Source of the DNA: Leucoraja erinacea
Taxonomy: Eukaryota
Reading direction: 5' to 3'
Assembly: GCF_028641065.1 (NCBI RefSeq)
Contig: NC_073397.1
Coordinates: 22,196,001 to 22,260,000 of the forward strand
Length of the DNA: 64,000 nucleotides
Part shown: in pieces, positions 36,905 through 50,658 of the stretch
Numbering within the stretch: the stretch's first letter is position 1
Layout of the letters: every line of letters begins with the position of its first letter
Notes under the pieces: model-generated
The model's database searches: none
What the model was told of the DNA's origin: nothing
Seen by the model: the letters and a program-made list of their open reading frames with translations, nothing else
Program-made: the position numbers and the translations under genes

Positions 36905-37717
36905 GTCCCAGTGAGGCTATTTGGGTGGAACTGAGAAGTGGGAAAGGTGTAGCAACACTTATAGGGGTGTATTATAGACCGCCAAATGGGGAACGAGAAT
37001 TGGAAGAGCAAATATGTAAGGAGATAGCAGATATTAGTAGTAAGCACAAGGTAGTGATTGTGGGAGATTTCAACTTTCCACACATAGACTGGGAAACACA
37101 TTCTGTAAATGGGCTGGATGGTTTGGAGTTTGTAAAATGTGTGCAGGATAGTTTTTTGCAGCAATACATAGAGGTACCTACTAGAGGAGGGGCAGTGCTG
37201 GACCTCCTGTTAGGAAATGAGACGGGACAGGTGGCGGAGGTATGCGTTGGGGAGCACTTCGGGTCCAGTTATCACAATACCATTAGTTTCAATATAATTA
37301 TGGAGAAGGTCAGAACTGGACCTAGGGTTGAGATTTTTGATTGGAGAAAGGCTAACTTTGATGAGATGCGAGATGATTTAAAAGGAGTGAACTGGGACAT
37401 TTTGTTTTATGGGAAAGATGTAGAAGAGAAATGGAGGACATTTAAAGGGGAAATTTTAAGAGTACAGAATCTTTATGTTCCTGTTCGGTTGAAAGGAAAC
37501 AGTAAAAATTGGAAAGAGCCCTGGTTTTCAAGGGAAATTGGACATCTTGTTCGGAAAAAGAGAGAGATCTACAATAATTATAGGCAGCATGAAGTAAATG
37601 AGGTGCTTGTGGAGTATAAGGAATGTAAAAAGAATCTTAAGAAAGAAATTAGAAAAGCTAAAAGAAGATATGAGGTTGCTTTGGCAAGTAAGGTGAAAGT
37701 AAATCCAAAGGGTTTCA
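36905..37717 (+). mobile_element. Young CR1 ORF2 internal fragment (APE endonuclease)
   Basis: Open frame EAIWVEL..GVYYRPP..VVIVGDFNFPHIDW..PTRGGAVLDLLL..HFGSSYH; no 3' tail; embedded in older minus-strand LINE debris (~35400-36850). Confidence 0.9.
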
Positions 37718-38751
37718 CTGGTCCTTTATCATGATTGGGTCTGAATCTTGGCAATCTCCATGCGTATGCACTGAGATTACGTTCACCAGAATGGCGTTGG
37801 CATTTCAGAAAGGCGGGATAAACTATAAATACTGTCCTTTTGAACCATACCCAGATTTCCAAGAAATTGTGAATTTTTAAAAGCAATTCTCTGGTCACCA
37901 GCCTCATACCAGTAATGTTTAGGGAGAGGCATGTTTCTGAAAAGTCTGACATCATCTCTGAATCATAATTCTACTCTGGCTATATTATGCAAGTTAATTC
38001 CTTTTTTTAATAAATCTTTCCAGGGTTCATTTCAAAAAGTCTCATTTTATAATTTCAGTATTCTTATGTGAATTTGAATGGCACGAAATGAAAGGCAATT
38101 TCACTTTGCGGATGTCAAGGCAAACCCTAAACTTACTTACTACAAGTACACTTTCCAACAATCAGAAGAAGGCACTTTAGTTGCTCACATAATTCTAGGT
38201 CAACCATGCTGACCCTTGGTTTCCCTTTAACTGGCCTGGCTGAGATTTTGTTGCATTCATTTCATTTTTGAAATAAGTGAGCTTCTTTTGGCTTTTTATT
38301 TTATGTTGATGTTGTCCCTTAGTTTTGTGAGCTGATGATGTGATGCTCAAACCTTGCATTCACTCCGTAGAATCATTGAGTGATGCAGTGTGGAAAAAGG
38401 CCCAACTTGCCCACCCTGGCCAACATGTCCCAGGTGCAGTGGTCCCACCTGTCCGCATTTGGTGCATATCCCTCCAAACCTATCCTATCCATGTACCTAA
38501 CTGCTTCTTAAATGTTGGGATAGACCCTGCCTCAACTACCTCCTCTGATAACTTGTTTCATACATCCACCACCTTTTGTGTGAAAAAGTTATCCCTCAGA
38601 TTCCTATTAAATCTTTTCCGCTTCACCTTAAACCTATATCATCTGATCCTCAATTCACCTACTCTGAGCAAGAGACTGGCATCTACTCCTCATATGCGAA
38701 TACTCAGGAAATGACAATAAAGATTTACAATTACAATTACAATTACAATAA

Positions 38752-39130
38752 AGGGCCTGTCCCACTATCGTGACTTTTCAGCGACTGTCTTTGACCTTCA
38801 AGCTCGAGGGCACTCTCCTGAAAAACCTCGAGCTAGATCGACCGTCAGCGATGAAACCGCGAGCTGGATCGNNNNNNNNNNNNNNNNNNNNNNNNNNNNN
38901 NNNNNNNNNNNNNNNNNNNNNNNNNNNNNNNNNNNNNNNNNNNNNNNNNNNNNNNNNNNNNNNNNNNNNNNNNNNNNNNNNNNNNNNNNNNNNNNNNNNN
39001 NNNNNNNNNNNNNNNNNNNNNNNNNNNNNNNNNNNCAGGGAAAGCGAGGGAGCGGTGTCTGAAATTCACACCTCCGGTGAACAGGAAGGTCAAAGACGGC
39101 TGGCACAGTTACAGTAAGTCCTTTAGAGAG
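38752..39130. mobile_element. Harbinger-type MITE, left end only, spanning an assembly gap
   Basis: TAA|AGGGCCTGTCCCACT start (same TIR as 9916 and 23160); right TIR not visible. Confidence 0.6.
38872..39035. other. Assembly gap (164 N)
   Basis: Run of n characters. Confidence 1.
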
Positions 39131-39888
39131 CGCTTTTATTGTTTCCACATTTTCTGCACAATTGCATCCAAATTTCCCTTCCAACCACTCATTCCTCCTG
39201 CCACTAGCTTAACTCAAATCCCCACCCCAGGATGACCTGTTTTCTTCATCCGTTCAGAATATACAGTTGAAATAAAGTGAAACAAATTCAAAAGGTACAA
39301 ATACAAGTTAGGAAAGAATAGTGTATGTTGAGAATAAAGTCAATCAACCTTGCAGGGAGGCTGAGCAGAAAATGTACAGGCTGATACTGATATGCACAGA
39401 TGGGAGGATGACCTATAGATAAGAAACTACCAAGAAAATGAACATGGAAGGAGAGATAATACTTGAAAATGAATTGAAATAATTAACAAAATATCACCAA
39501 ATATTCTGGGAAAATGAATGGCAATATATATTACAAAAACAAGATGCAAAAGAGATAACGTGCTTTTTTTTTTTAAACTTGCATTAAGAGAAATAAGAAG
39601 TTTTTGTTTGCATAAAATAATGTTTGAAATTATCCCTTACCAAAAATGAAGGTGCATACAAATAACCTTGCCTATGATTGCTCTTTGACTTGGGGTCTGC
39701 ATGCAATTATAAGTTGTGAATTTTCCATGTTTTATGCAGTACAAAACTACCTTCTATAATTTGGAATGTAGAATAGATTTATTGAAAGTTTTTCTCATTG
39801 ACATTTTTCTTTTTATCTCTTCACAATTTGTTTCTTGTCTTTGAATTGTGGATTATCTTTTCAACGTCGGAAATGATCTTCACGATAG

Positions 39889-39891
39889 TTT
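39889..39891 (+). CDS. sowah: Sowah 3-nt microexon TTT (Phe)
   Basis: cacgatag|TTT|gtaagt; about 98 nt AG-free upstream, branch-point-like CATTGAC (~39796-39802) followed by a pyrimidine tract; supplies the F before TALHW. Confidence 0.8.
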
Positions 39892-41039
39892 GTAAGTCGC
39901 TTTTGTATCGTGTTACGAAATATAGCTAAATAATGTTTATTTTTGCTAAATTTGTAAATATTAATTTTATTAGCTTGTCTTTTTGTTTCGACTTAATGAA
40001 GACCGATGATCAGAGGAGAAAAAAATAATATTGTGTTTGGTCTTGCTATTGCATATAGTCGGGAAGCTTTGCTTGCAGTTATTATGGATTGTTGAGGACC
40101 ACTGGGATAACCCCACTCTTGCAAGTACAATACCCCTGCCATCTCTTTAGATTATATATATTTCTAAGGGCTAGTGTGCATTTAACCAATAGGTGGCCCA
40201 TGATAGATCAATTTCATTTTTTAATCACCATCTCACCACTGTCCCTGCTATCATCTTTGGTTAATGGACTGATGAATGTTTGGTTGTAACTGAAAGTCCT
40301 TGGTATGCCTTAAATAATCCACTCAAAAGAGAAGCTTGCTTTCAGATTTGATTACTCCTTTTATGTAGATAATTGAAGTCTATAGAAAGCAAATCTATAC
40401 ATTAGTCAGTGAAATCGCAGAAATGTCTTTGCCACACACATGAAATCTTTGTGCGTGCTGCTATAAATTACACTTTAAAATTAGGTGTGTATTGTCCAAA
40501 TTGAATGTTTAGATTACCAAGAGACGATTGGCAAAGCTGTTCAGTTTTAATGAGTTGGTAATAATACTGTCTCATTAAAATACATCTACTTCTGGAGGAA
40601 GTTTCTTCTCCCAGGTGTCTAATGAGCCTATTGCAATTACTCCGGTTTTCTTTCTTTCACTAAAATTTAACATAAATATTAAGCTTCAGTTGTGACATTC
40701 CCAGTGAGCAGGATGTTGGTGAGAGCATAACTAGGTCCCTGTTCAGCACAGCCAATGGGTTGCAGCAAGCATCATCAATCATCAGTCCTGTCAAGTACTT
40801 ACACCTTGGCTTCATTTGAGGCACGCTTGGTTTGTTGTTTTGTAATTAGCTTGGCCGAGCGGGCAGGAAATGTTGTACATACACTCGTGAGCAGCTGGCA
40901 AATTCAAGGAATTTTCCAGCATGAAACAGACGGTGAACTACAAACACTGGGCCTCCAAAGAGGGAAGATGATCATCAGATAGTAACAGCCTGCCATATTT
41001 CTTTGGCTAATTTAAGAGACATCTTTGATCCATGTTTGA

Positions 41040-42180
41040 AAAACACATTCATTTAAAATTGTTTTTAACTTTTGGCATATTCTAAAATTATACCAATAAA
41101 CATTTAGCAATAAATTTTTGAAGATTGAGGAAATATTGGTTACTGTCCAGTCCTGTGGGAGGTTGTTTGTGACCACAAAATATACAAAGTTCTTTCTCAA
41201 GAACACTATAAACGCCTCTCTTGCCTCTTCATAACCTGGGATCGATTCCATCAGGGCCTGGGAATTTAATACTCCTAGAGTCCCAATATCACCACTGTTT
41301 TAATCTCAAGTAGCCCAAGCACACTGGTATGCCCCTCACTGATCTCACTGTCTTCTATGTTCTTCTTCTTGATGAAATGTATGTGTGTGTATATATATAT
41401 ATATATATATTAGAACTTATTTCGTACCTTCCATATATCCTCTGACTCCAAGCATAAATTCACTCCTTTATTCTTGATTATCTTCTTGTTTATAAAACCT
41501 TTTTTATTTAAAAAAGATATTCAATTAGATTTGCCAGTGGTATTCCCCAGTGTCCCTTCTAATTTCCCACTTGAGTTCTTTAATGCTTACTTTATATTCC
41601 TCAAATGACCTGTTTGATTTCATCTTTCCAAACCTTGCATATGCTTTCTTTTTGACCAAATTTAAAACATTTTTGGTCATGTAACATTCCCTTGCTATTC
41701 TTATCCGTCCTCCTTGCTGGAATATGCCAGCCCTGGACTCTGATCAGCTGGTCTTTAAATGACTCACATGTCAGATATGGACTTGCCCAATATCAACAGC
41801 TCCTAATTTACTCTTCTTGGCTCCTGCCTAATAATGTTGTAAACTGCCTAACCCAATTTAATTCCTTCCCCAATGTCCAGACTTATTCATAACTATCTTG
41901 AAACATATGGAGTTGTGATCACTGTTCCAAATGTACTCTTTCATTGAAACACTAGTCACCTGACCAGGCGCGTTTCCCAGTTATAGGGCCAGTATGATCC
42001 CCTCCTTAAGTTAGACTATCCACATACTGTTTCAGGAAACACTCTTGGATACATCTAACACGTTCTACTCCATCTAATCTTTTGCACTGAGCAAATGCAG
42101 TCAATATTTGTGAAGTTAAAGTTATGTCAATCCTGTTGCTTTTGCATCTGCTATAGTCTCTTTGCCTATCTGTTCCTCTT
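41040..42180 (-). mobile_element. Old CR1 LINE remnant
   Basis: Minus-strand remnant SIPGYEEAREA..LPQDWTVTNISSIFK (CR1 RT N-terminal region) with APE-like debris; boundaries approximate. Confidence 0.6.
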
Positions 42181-42331
42181 TATCCTCTTATCAGAGATGT
42201 CAGGTTTTTACAATGCCTCTATGTTCCCATTTAATAGCATTTTAAAACTTAAAAGATGAAATGCACAACTATTTTTAAAGGTAAAATGTATTATTAAGTT
42301 AATCAAGTTAATTAATTTATTTTGCTTCCAG

Positions 42332-42418
42332 ACTGCTTTACACTGGGCAGCAAAACATGGCAAAGAAAATATGGCAAGAATGTTAATAAATGCAGGAGTG
42401 GACATCAATCTCAGAGCT
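42332..42418 (+). CDS. sowah: Sowah ankyrin-repeat exon: TALHWAAKHGKENMARMLINAGVDINLRA
   Basis: tttgcttccag acceptor, GCT|gtaagt donor, 87 nt phase 0; canonical ankyrin consensus. Confidence 0.95.
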
Positions 42419-43106
42419 GTAAGTTCCATATTTTCCTTTTTAAATTTACTATACTGCAGAAGGAGGTCCAAAATCTCTTAAAATAAATTTCCATTGTTAA
42501 CGATCTGCAGATGATACAATTGGAACAGCAGCCGATAACATGATTTTTTTTGCTGCATTGCTAATTATAATGAAGAGGAGGCATTTTATTTTCCTTTGGA
42601 GTAATTTTGTTTAAAGTTCAGAGAGCCTAACATCAACGGTCGCAAAGTTACTAGAGAGTATTCTGAGGGATAAGATAGATATGCATTTAGATGACATGGG
42701 ATAGTCTGCACGGTTTTGTATGTGAGAGATCGTGTATCACGAATCTGAGGTTATTTTTTTAAAGATGTGTCCAAAAAGGCGGTTCAGTTTTGGTTTGATA
42801 TATGAAGGATGTCATTAAGCTGAAACAAGTGCAGGGAAGATTTACGAGGATGTTGGCATCGTGCATTGTGAAAACGTGTAGTATCCAAAATTTGCTTTTA
42901 TTTCTTAGAGTGCAGGAGGCTGAGAGGTGATCTTATAGAGGCGTTTCAAATCATGAGGGGAATAGATAGGATGAATGCACAGAGTCTTTTACCCAGGGTA
43001 GGGGTAATAAAATAAAAAAAACGAAGACAAAAATTTATGGTGAGAGAGGCACGATTTAATACAAACCTGAGGGGCAACTTTTTCCAATCAGAGGCTGGTG
43101 GGTATA

Positions 43107-44744
43107 TAGTGCCTTCCATAATGTTTGGGACAAAGTCCCATCATTTATTTATTTGCCTCTGTACTCCACAATTTCAGATTTGTAATATAAAAAAAATTAC
43201 ATGTGGTTAAACACATTGTCAGATTTTATTAAAGGCCATTTTTATACATTTTGGTTTCACCATGTAGAAATTACAGCAGGTTTTATACATAGCCCCCCCC
43301 CCCCCCCCCATTTCAGGGCACCATAATGTTTGGGACACAGCAATGTCATGTTTAGTATTTTGTTGCATATCCTTTGTATGCAATGACTGCTTGAAGTCTG
43401 TGATTCATGGACATCACCAGTTGCTGGGTGTCTTCTCTGGTGATGCTCTGCCAGGTCTCTATTGCAGCCATCTTTTGCTTATGCTTGTTTTGGGGACTAG
43501 TCTCCCTCAGTTTTCTCTTGAGCATATAAAAGGCATGCTCAATTGGGTTCAGATCGGGTGATTGACTTGACCACTCACGAATTGATCATTTTTTAGCTTT
43601 AAAAAACTCCTTTGTTGCTTAAGCAGTATGTTTGGGATCATTATCTTACTGTAGAATGAACCACCGGCCAATGAGTTTTGAGGCATTTGTTTGAACTTGA
43701 GCAGATGGGATGTGTCTATACACTTCAGAATTCATTGTGCTACTACCACCAGCAGTTGTATCATCAATGAAGATAAGTGAGTAAGTACTTCAGCAGCCAT
43801 ACATGGCCAGGCCATAACACCCCCACCACTGTGTTTCACAGATGAGATGGTATGCTTTGGATCTTGTGCAGTTCCTTCTCTCCTCCATACATTGCTCTTG
43901 ACATCACTCTGATGTGTTAATCTTCGCCTCATCTGTCCACAAGACGTTTTTTCCAGAACTGTGGTTGCTCTTTTAAGTACTTCTTGGCAAACTGTAACCC
44001 GGCCATCCTATTTTTGCAGCTAACCAGTGGTTAAACCTGTGGCATCGTGTAGTGTAGCCTCTGTAATTCTGTTCATGAAGTCTTCTGCGGTCAGTGGTCA
44101 TTGACAAATCCACACCAGACTCCTGAAGAGTGTTTCTGATCTGTCGGACAGGTGTTTGGGGGGTATTTCTTTATTATAGAGAGAATTTGTCTGTCATCAT
44201 CTGTGGCGGTCTTCCTTGACCTGCCAGTCCCTTTGCGATTAGTAAGCTCACCAGTGCTCTCTTTCTTCTTAATGATGTTCCAAACAGTTGATTTTGGTAA
44301 GCCTAAGGTTTCGCTGATGTCTCTAACAGTTTTATTCGTCTTTCTCAGTCTCATAATGACTTCTTTGACTTTCATTGGCACAACTTTGGCCCTCATGTGA
44401 TAAACAGCAATTAAAGTTTCCAACGGTGATGGAAAGACTGGAGGAAAGACTAGGTGCTGAGAGCTCTCTTATACCTGCATTAAGCAGGCAGTTAAACACA
44501 CCTGAGCTGTGAAGCCATGTGTCCCAAATATTATGGTGCCCTGAAATGGGGGGACTGTGTATAAACACATTGTAATTTCTGCATGGTGAAACCAAAATGT
44601 ATAAAATTGCCCTTTAATAAATTCTGACAATGTGCACTTTAACCACATGTGATTTTTTTTTTTAATTACAAATCTCAAATTGTGGAGTACAGAGGCAAAT
44701 AAATAAATGATGGGCCTTTGTCCCAAACATTATGGAGAGCACTG
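43107..44744 (-). mobile_element. Tc1 family B, full-length but decayed, inserted at a TA inside a CR1 3' remnant (~42620-44940)
   Basis: Long (>200 bp) TIRs and TA TSD. Minus-strand transposase pieces MRAKVVPMKVKEVIMRLRK..LGLPKSTVWNII and SSVKHSGGGVMAW. The CR1 host reads through as gggtata|tggga. Confidence 0.92.
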
Positions 44745-46255
44745 TATGGGACGAGCTGCCAGGGAAGGTAGTTTAAGCAGATACTATAACAGTATTTAAA
44801 AAACATTTGGACAGGTACATGGATAGGAAAGGTTTAGAGGGATATGGACCAAGCATGGAAAAAGGGATATGCTTAGATGGGAGTCATGGTCGACATGGAC
44901 GAGTTGGGCCAAAAGGCCCATTTCCAAGCTGTATGATTTTAGTTTACAACCTTTTGAATCTCTCCATTGTAGAAAACTGCATCTCTTTACTACATTCTTA
45001 ATATTTGAAAAGTTTCAAATTACAATCCTAATAACCTGATTCAGGGAAATAGTATTACTATATATCCCCAACATGACATGATTATTTACATAATATATAA
45101 TTGTGGAATTCATTTTAATCATTTACATATGTTCTGTAGCACAAACACATTATCTGGGAAAAGTTGTCATTTGTAGAATACACAATCATGAAACAACTAA
45201 ATGCACGAGTAGGCACCGGAGTATAAAACCAGCGGTGGAAGTGGATAAAGGTTAACAAATGTACAAAGCTAATTATAGAGGTCACGATTAGGTGGCTGGC
45301 ATGTCATAGTCTGGAGTAATATAGTGGTCCTTTGGGTATTAGATAGCAGTGCACATGACAGGCAGCTGGAGGAAGAGAATGGACAAGGCAAAGAATTCAT
45401 ACTTGGACAATTAGGCAGGTGCGGAAAATAGTTGAGTGCAAGAAAACATCTTGTTAAAACCATAATAGCCCTATGTGATAAATGATGAATCTGCATTTTA
45501 AAACATTATTCCACAATTGTGTATCATACTATATAAACACTAGTAACAAAATGATGAGGAAAATCTCTAGTTTTGATCACAAATTGGCCCGTGCTTTCAC
45601 TGACATTGTACCAGACCACACTGTTGCTCATGGTAGTGCATGGGTAGTGACTCTGAACACTTATGAACATATCTGTTTTGTCTCATTGTTCATGCATTAC
45701 ATAATAGCTGATATATTGCTGCTTAAACTGCTCTGTGGAATAGGAGATCTAAAAGTGAATCCACAGATTAATCTATTTCTTGTATTAAGAAACAATAATT
45801 TCTGTTATTGTTCCTCGTTGTAGAGCACAGTTAAGTTTGCTGAGAACAAAAGGTAAAATTGTGTTTTAGATCATCATTTATTCTGATGAGAATTATCCTT
45901 AATTCTTTTTTCTTACTGCCTAGCAGTATCTGGCTGGTTTGAACCACTGCCTTTGTTTTATAGCTGCTTTGCATGTTCCAAAAAAGAACATTCAAGTGGC
46001 ATGGCAAGCTCAAAGGAGGATGGTTAATTAGTTGAACCATTGCCTCTTTTATGGGGGCTGATACAGAGTGAACAACAGTATTACATACTGAACTCTTGAA
46101 TAAGTGCAACATATAGATCTGATCATCTGACTTTGGATATTCAAACCCCTTATGTTACTTCCATTTTACTATATGAATTTTTAGTGAAATTGTAATTAAA
46201 GCATTTTTTTTGTTTCCTCTTTCACTGTTTTCTGCCAACTGATGGATAAACAAAG

Positions 46256-46258
46256 CAT
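46256..46258 (+). CDS. sowah: Sowah 3-nt microexon CAT (His)
   Basis: acaaag|CAT|gtaagt; pyrimidine tract 46204-46232 and TGC at 46233-46235; supplies the H of RA-H-G-GYTPLH. Confidence 0.8.
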
Positions 46259-47954
46259 GTAAGTTCAAGCTATTTTATCATTTGTTTTGAGCAATTGTGT
46301 TCTGTTAGATGAAACTACATTTCAGATGATGGAGCAAAAAGGCAAGTGGTCACTGGAGATTTGATTACAACTTTGCAGAATTTAGTTAATTCCAAATTTA
46401 AATCTGTTAACCTTGACATGCTATTATTTGAAACTATATTTTTAATTGCCATTTTTCTGTTGGTTTTCCTTCCCTTCCTTAAAAGCATTGAATCCTTGTT
46501 GACCATGACTTTGTCTGTGGTCAACACACTCATCAACTTCATTATTTTATTCTTGCAAGCAGTGTCAAAAACCTTTTTGACAATATTGAATGAGGAACCT
46601 TGCTTATCTACTATTTGTATTAACAAGACTCCCTGGAATTTACAATGATTAACATTGTTTTGTTTTTGGCTCCAAGCAAATTGAGTTAAATTTAGCACTC
46701 AATGACAGCCACTTCAAATTTTACCACAGTTATAGTGCTGGCACGGAATATACCGGTGGCATGGAATATTGTTTAAACAAGCTGATTACTTATTAACTTA
46801 GTAGGCTAAATATGGTTCTGATTTGTTTTAATTGAATCAAACCTCAAATCACTATTTTGGTAATTCTTGAATTTAAAAAATAGGTAAAGGTGCGTTTTCC
46901 ATTATACTCAAGCACCTGTTTGCCTATAAAGCAACACTGACAGTGCTGTGGAGATAATTGTTGGCAGCTACATTTCTCTCTCCCAAGTTTATCCTGTTCT
47001 TAAGTCAAAAAGAATTATCAAAATTCCCCCAAAAATTGCCTCAAATATTTAGGATATTTCAATTTCACATTTTAAGAAAATTAAAATATCAAAAAATCTT
47101 TTTGTATTGTAAAATCATGCAATATTACAATACCTACACGAAAGATTGTAACTTCCTGGTTACTAACAGTCACTTAATATTTCTCGACATCTATGAAAGG
47201 TCTCACAACTAATAAAGCCTTGTGGTCTTCGAAAGCTTTAATATATTTGTGATGCTTTTGATGTTTGGAGACGTTTAAAAATTACAGATTAATATAAATT
47301 AAAAGATTGCTATCTATACAGAATTTTTTTTTTTAATGAAGTACGCATATATTTTTAAAAGTCTTGGATTCCGCAACAAGGACACCGTAGTGGTTGGGCT
47401 CAAGTATAATGCTGAGGAACCCATCCTGGTGTCCCAATGACAGCTCTTTTTATCAGTTGTAACATTAAATCAGTCTAAATTTGGGACTTGCATATTTTAC
47501 ACATCCAGGACACATTGCTGCAGTTTGAGCAGATACATGACAATAGTTTGTTTAGAGACATCAGAAATTAAGTCACATTTTTTTTTTGGGGGGGGGGCAA
47601 GAGTTTGATACTACAGACACTTTTATCCTTAATCTTCACCATTCTTCATTTATTTTTAAAATGGTACCCTACTGTTAAAATTAGTACAACAAATTGTTTA
47701 AATTCAGTTGTGTACATTTTCTCCATCCATCTTCTATCAATATTATTTATCAATTGAGAAACTTTACAGAATTCAAGTAAAGATGAAGATTATCAGTCAG
47801 TACAGTAGGAATAATTCTGATAGCTGGCAAATTCTGAGATTGGGAGGTGGGACAATTAAAAATAATATTTTATGTAAATGAAATCCTTGGATAATCACTG
47901 CTTGATTAAACTTTTTTTTTCCTTTCTGCTTTTGGTGATTGTCTTCTGCAACAG

Positions 47955-47957
47955 GGA
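47955..47957 (+). CDS. sowah: Sowah 3-nt microexon GGA (Gly)
   Basis: tctgcaacag|GGA|gtgagt; about 106 nt AG-free upstream, U-rich tract, TGC at 47927 and 47947; supplies the first G of HGGYTPLH. Confidence 0.82.
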
Positions 47958-48187
47958 GTGAGTATTGCATGTCTTTTTCATTATTTTCCTTTGCCTGATA
48001 AATTATAAGCATTGGTCTGTGGCTTTAATTTGCTTTTCATGATCACTGATCTAATACTGATGATGCTATGTGCAAGTCGCACACTGTCGGTACCCTTAAA
48101 GCTTTATACCTACCTATAAAAATGAGGCTGTACATTGTTCAGGATTTTTTTAAAGTAATTACATTGTTTAGGATAAAAAAGTAGTTA

Positions 48188-49836
48188 CAGCGCCCTCCAT
48201 AATGTTTGAGACTAAGACCCATCATTTATTTATTTGCCTCTGTACTGCACAATTTGAGATTTGTAATAGAAAAAAATCACATGTGGGTAAAGTGCACATT
48301 GTCAGATTTTAATAAAGGCCGTTTTTATACATTTTGGTTTCACCATGTCGAGATTACAGCAGTGTTTGTACATAGTCCCCCCCCCCCCCCCCCCCCCCCC
48401 CATTTCAGGACACCATAATGCTTGGGACACAGTAATGTAATGTAAATGAAAGTAGTCATGTTTAGTATTTTGTTGCAAATTGTTTGCATGCAATGACTGC
48501 TTGAAGTCTGTGATTCATGGACATCACCAGTTGCTGGGTGTCTTCTCTGGTGATGCTCTGCCAGGTCTCTATTGCAGCCATCTTTGGCTTATGCTTGTAT
48601 TGGGGACTAGTTCCCCTTCAGTTTTCTCTTGAGCATATAAAAGGCATGCTCAATTAGGTTCAGATTGGGTGATTGACTTGACCACTCAAGAATTTATCAT
48701 TTTTTAGCTTTAAAAAACTCATTTGTTGCTTTAGCAGTATGTTTGGGATCATTGTCTTGCTGTACAATGAAACGCCGGCCAATGAGTTTTGAGTCATTTG
48801 TTTGAACTTGAGCAGATGGGAGGTGTCTATACACTTCAGAATTCATTATACTATTACCATCAGCAGTTGTATCATCAATGAATATAAGTGAGCCAGTACC
48901 ATCAGCAACCATACATGCCCAGGCCAGAACACCCCCACCACCATGTTTCACAGATGAGGAGGTATGCTTTAGATCTTATGCAGTTCCTTCTCTCCTCCAT
49001 ACTTTGCACTTGCCATCATTCACATATATGTTAATCTTTGTCTCATCTATCCACAAGACCCTTTTCCAGAACTGTAGTTGCTCTTTTAAGTACTTCTTGG
49101 CAAACTGTAACCTGGCCATCCTATTTTTGTGGCTAATCCAGTGGTTTGCATCTTGCAGTGTAGCCTCTGTACTTCTGTTCATGACATCTTCTGCAGACAT
49201 TGACAAATCCACACCTGACACCTGAAGAGTGTTTCTGATCTTTCGGACAGGGATTTTTCTTTATTATAGAGAATTCTTCTGTCATCAGCTGTGGAGGTCT
49301 TCCTTGGCCTGCCAGTCCCTTTGTGATTAGTAAGCTCACCAGTGCTCTCTTTCTTCTTAATGATGTTCCAAACATTTGATTTTGGTAAGCCTAAGTTTGG
49401 CTGATGTCTCTAACAGTTTTAAGCTTGTTTCTCAGTCTCATAATGGCTTAGTTTACTTTCATTGGTACAACTTTTGTCCTCATGTTGATAAACAGCAATA
49501 AAAGTTTCCAAAGGTGATGGAAATACTGGAGGAAAGAATAGGTGCTGAGAGCTCATTTTTACCCAATTGCCTCCTTAATCTAGGTTTATGCCTAGATTAA
49601 GGAGGCAATTAAACACACCTGAGCAATTACAAATGCCTGTGAATCCATGTGTCGAAAACATTATGGTGCGCTGAAATGGGGGTACTATGTACAAACACTG
49701 CTGTAATTTCTACATGGTGAAACCGAAATGTATAAAAATGGCCTTTAATAAAATCTGACAATGTACACTTTAACCACATGTGATTGTTCTATTACAAATC
49801 TCAAATAAATAAATGATTAGTCTTTGACCCAAACAT
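48188..49836 (-). mobile_element. Tc1 family B, near full-length, decayed
   Basis: TA|CAGCGCCCTCCATAATGTTT TIR; minus-strand [33 protein letters not shown]. Confidence 0.92.
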
Positions 49837-50658
49837 GTATTTTCAATCTTTAACTTTATTATTATGCACTGACGTATGTCAGAACTTTGGGGTGGGGGCT
49901 AAAACGGACAAAATATCTAATGTGTTGCTTAAAAGTTAACAGATCAACACTGCTTTGTTGTAACGTAAGCAAATGAGAGGATTACCAAACATCGCAATAA
50001 AGATGATGTATCTTTTGTACAATTAGCACTTCGGTAACAAAATGCAAGCTTTATCCTCAGTTGGTAGAATTGTGTATTCTTCCATCAGTAATCATTTCTC
50101 TAAGAGATAATCTTTAAAATTATTTTGTTACCCCAAATAAATGAACTATTTATTTATTCTTAACTGTTTGTAGAGATATTATGAAAATACGTGCAGATAG
50201 TCTCTTTAATCAGCCTTTTTTTTTTTTTTGCAACAAGAGAGTCTGTTGTCCCACTGAAGAACACGTGAAATAATCCAGATGCTGGAAATCTGAGTTAATT
50301 AGTTAAATATTGTTATTTTGATTTGGCAGCATCTGTGGTTGAAAACTAACAACCCTTAATGGGTTTTAATCTATTTGAAATGGGATGGTATAGAAATTGC
50401 AATATGCTTTTGATTGTGTGATGAAGCAATTGCTTTTGAGAAATTAATATCTCTTAGCTATTTTCTGAACTTTTTGTTAAATGTTGATAAAATAAACATA
50501 ATGCCTTTAGATGGTATAATTATTTTGTTCCTTGATTTATCATTACATTCAATAGAAGAAACAAAAAGATCTGCCTAACAGTTGTATTACGTTTTTGGTA
50601 TTTCTTCCCACAAAGCTTCATCTTATTTTAAAGTAAGACTGGTTAACTGTTTTCTCAG

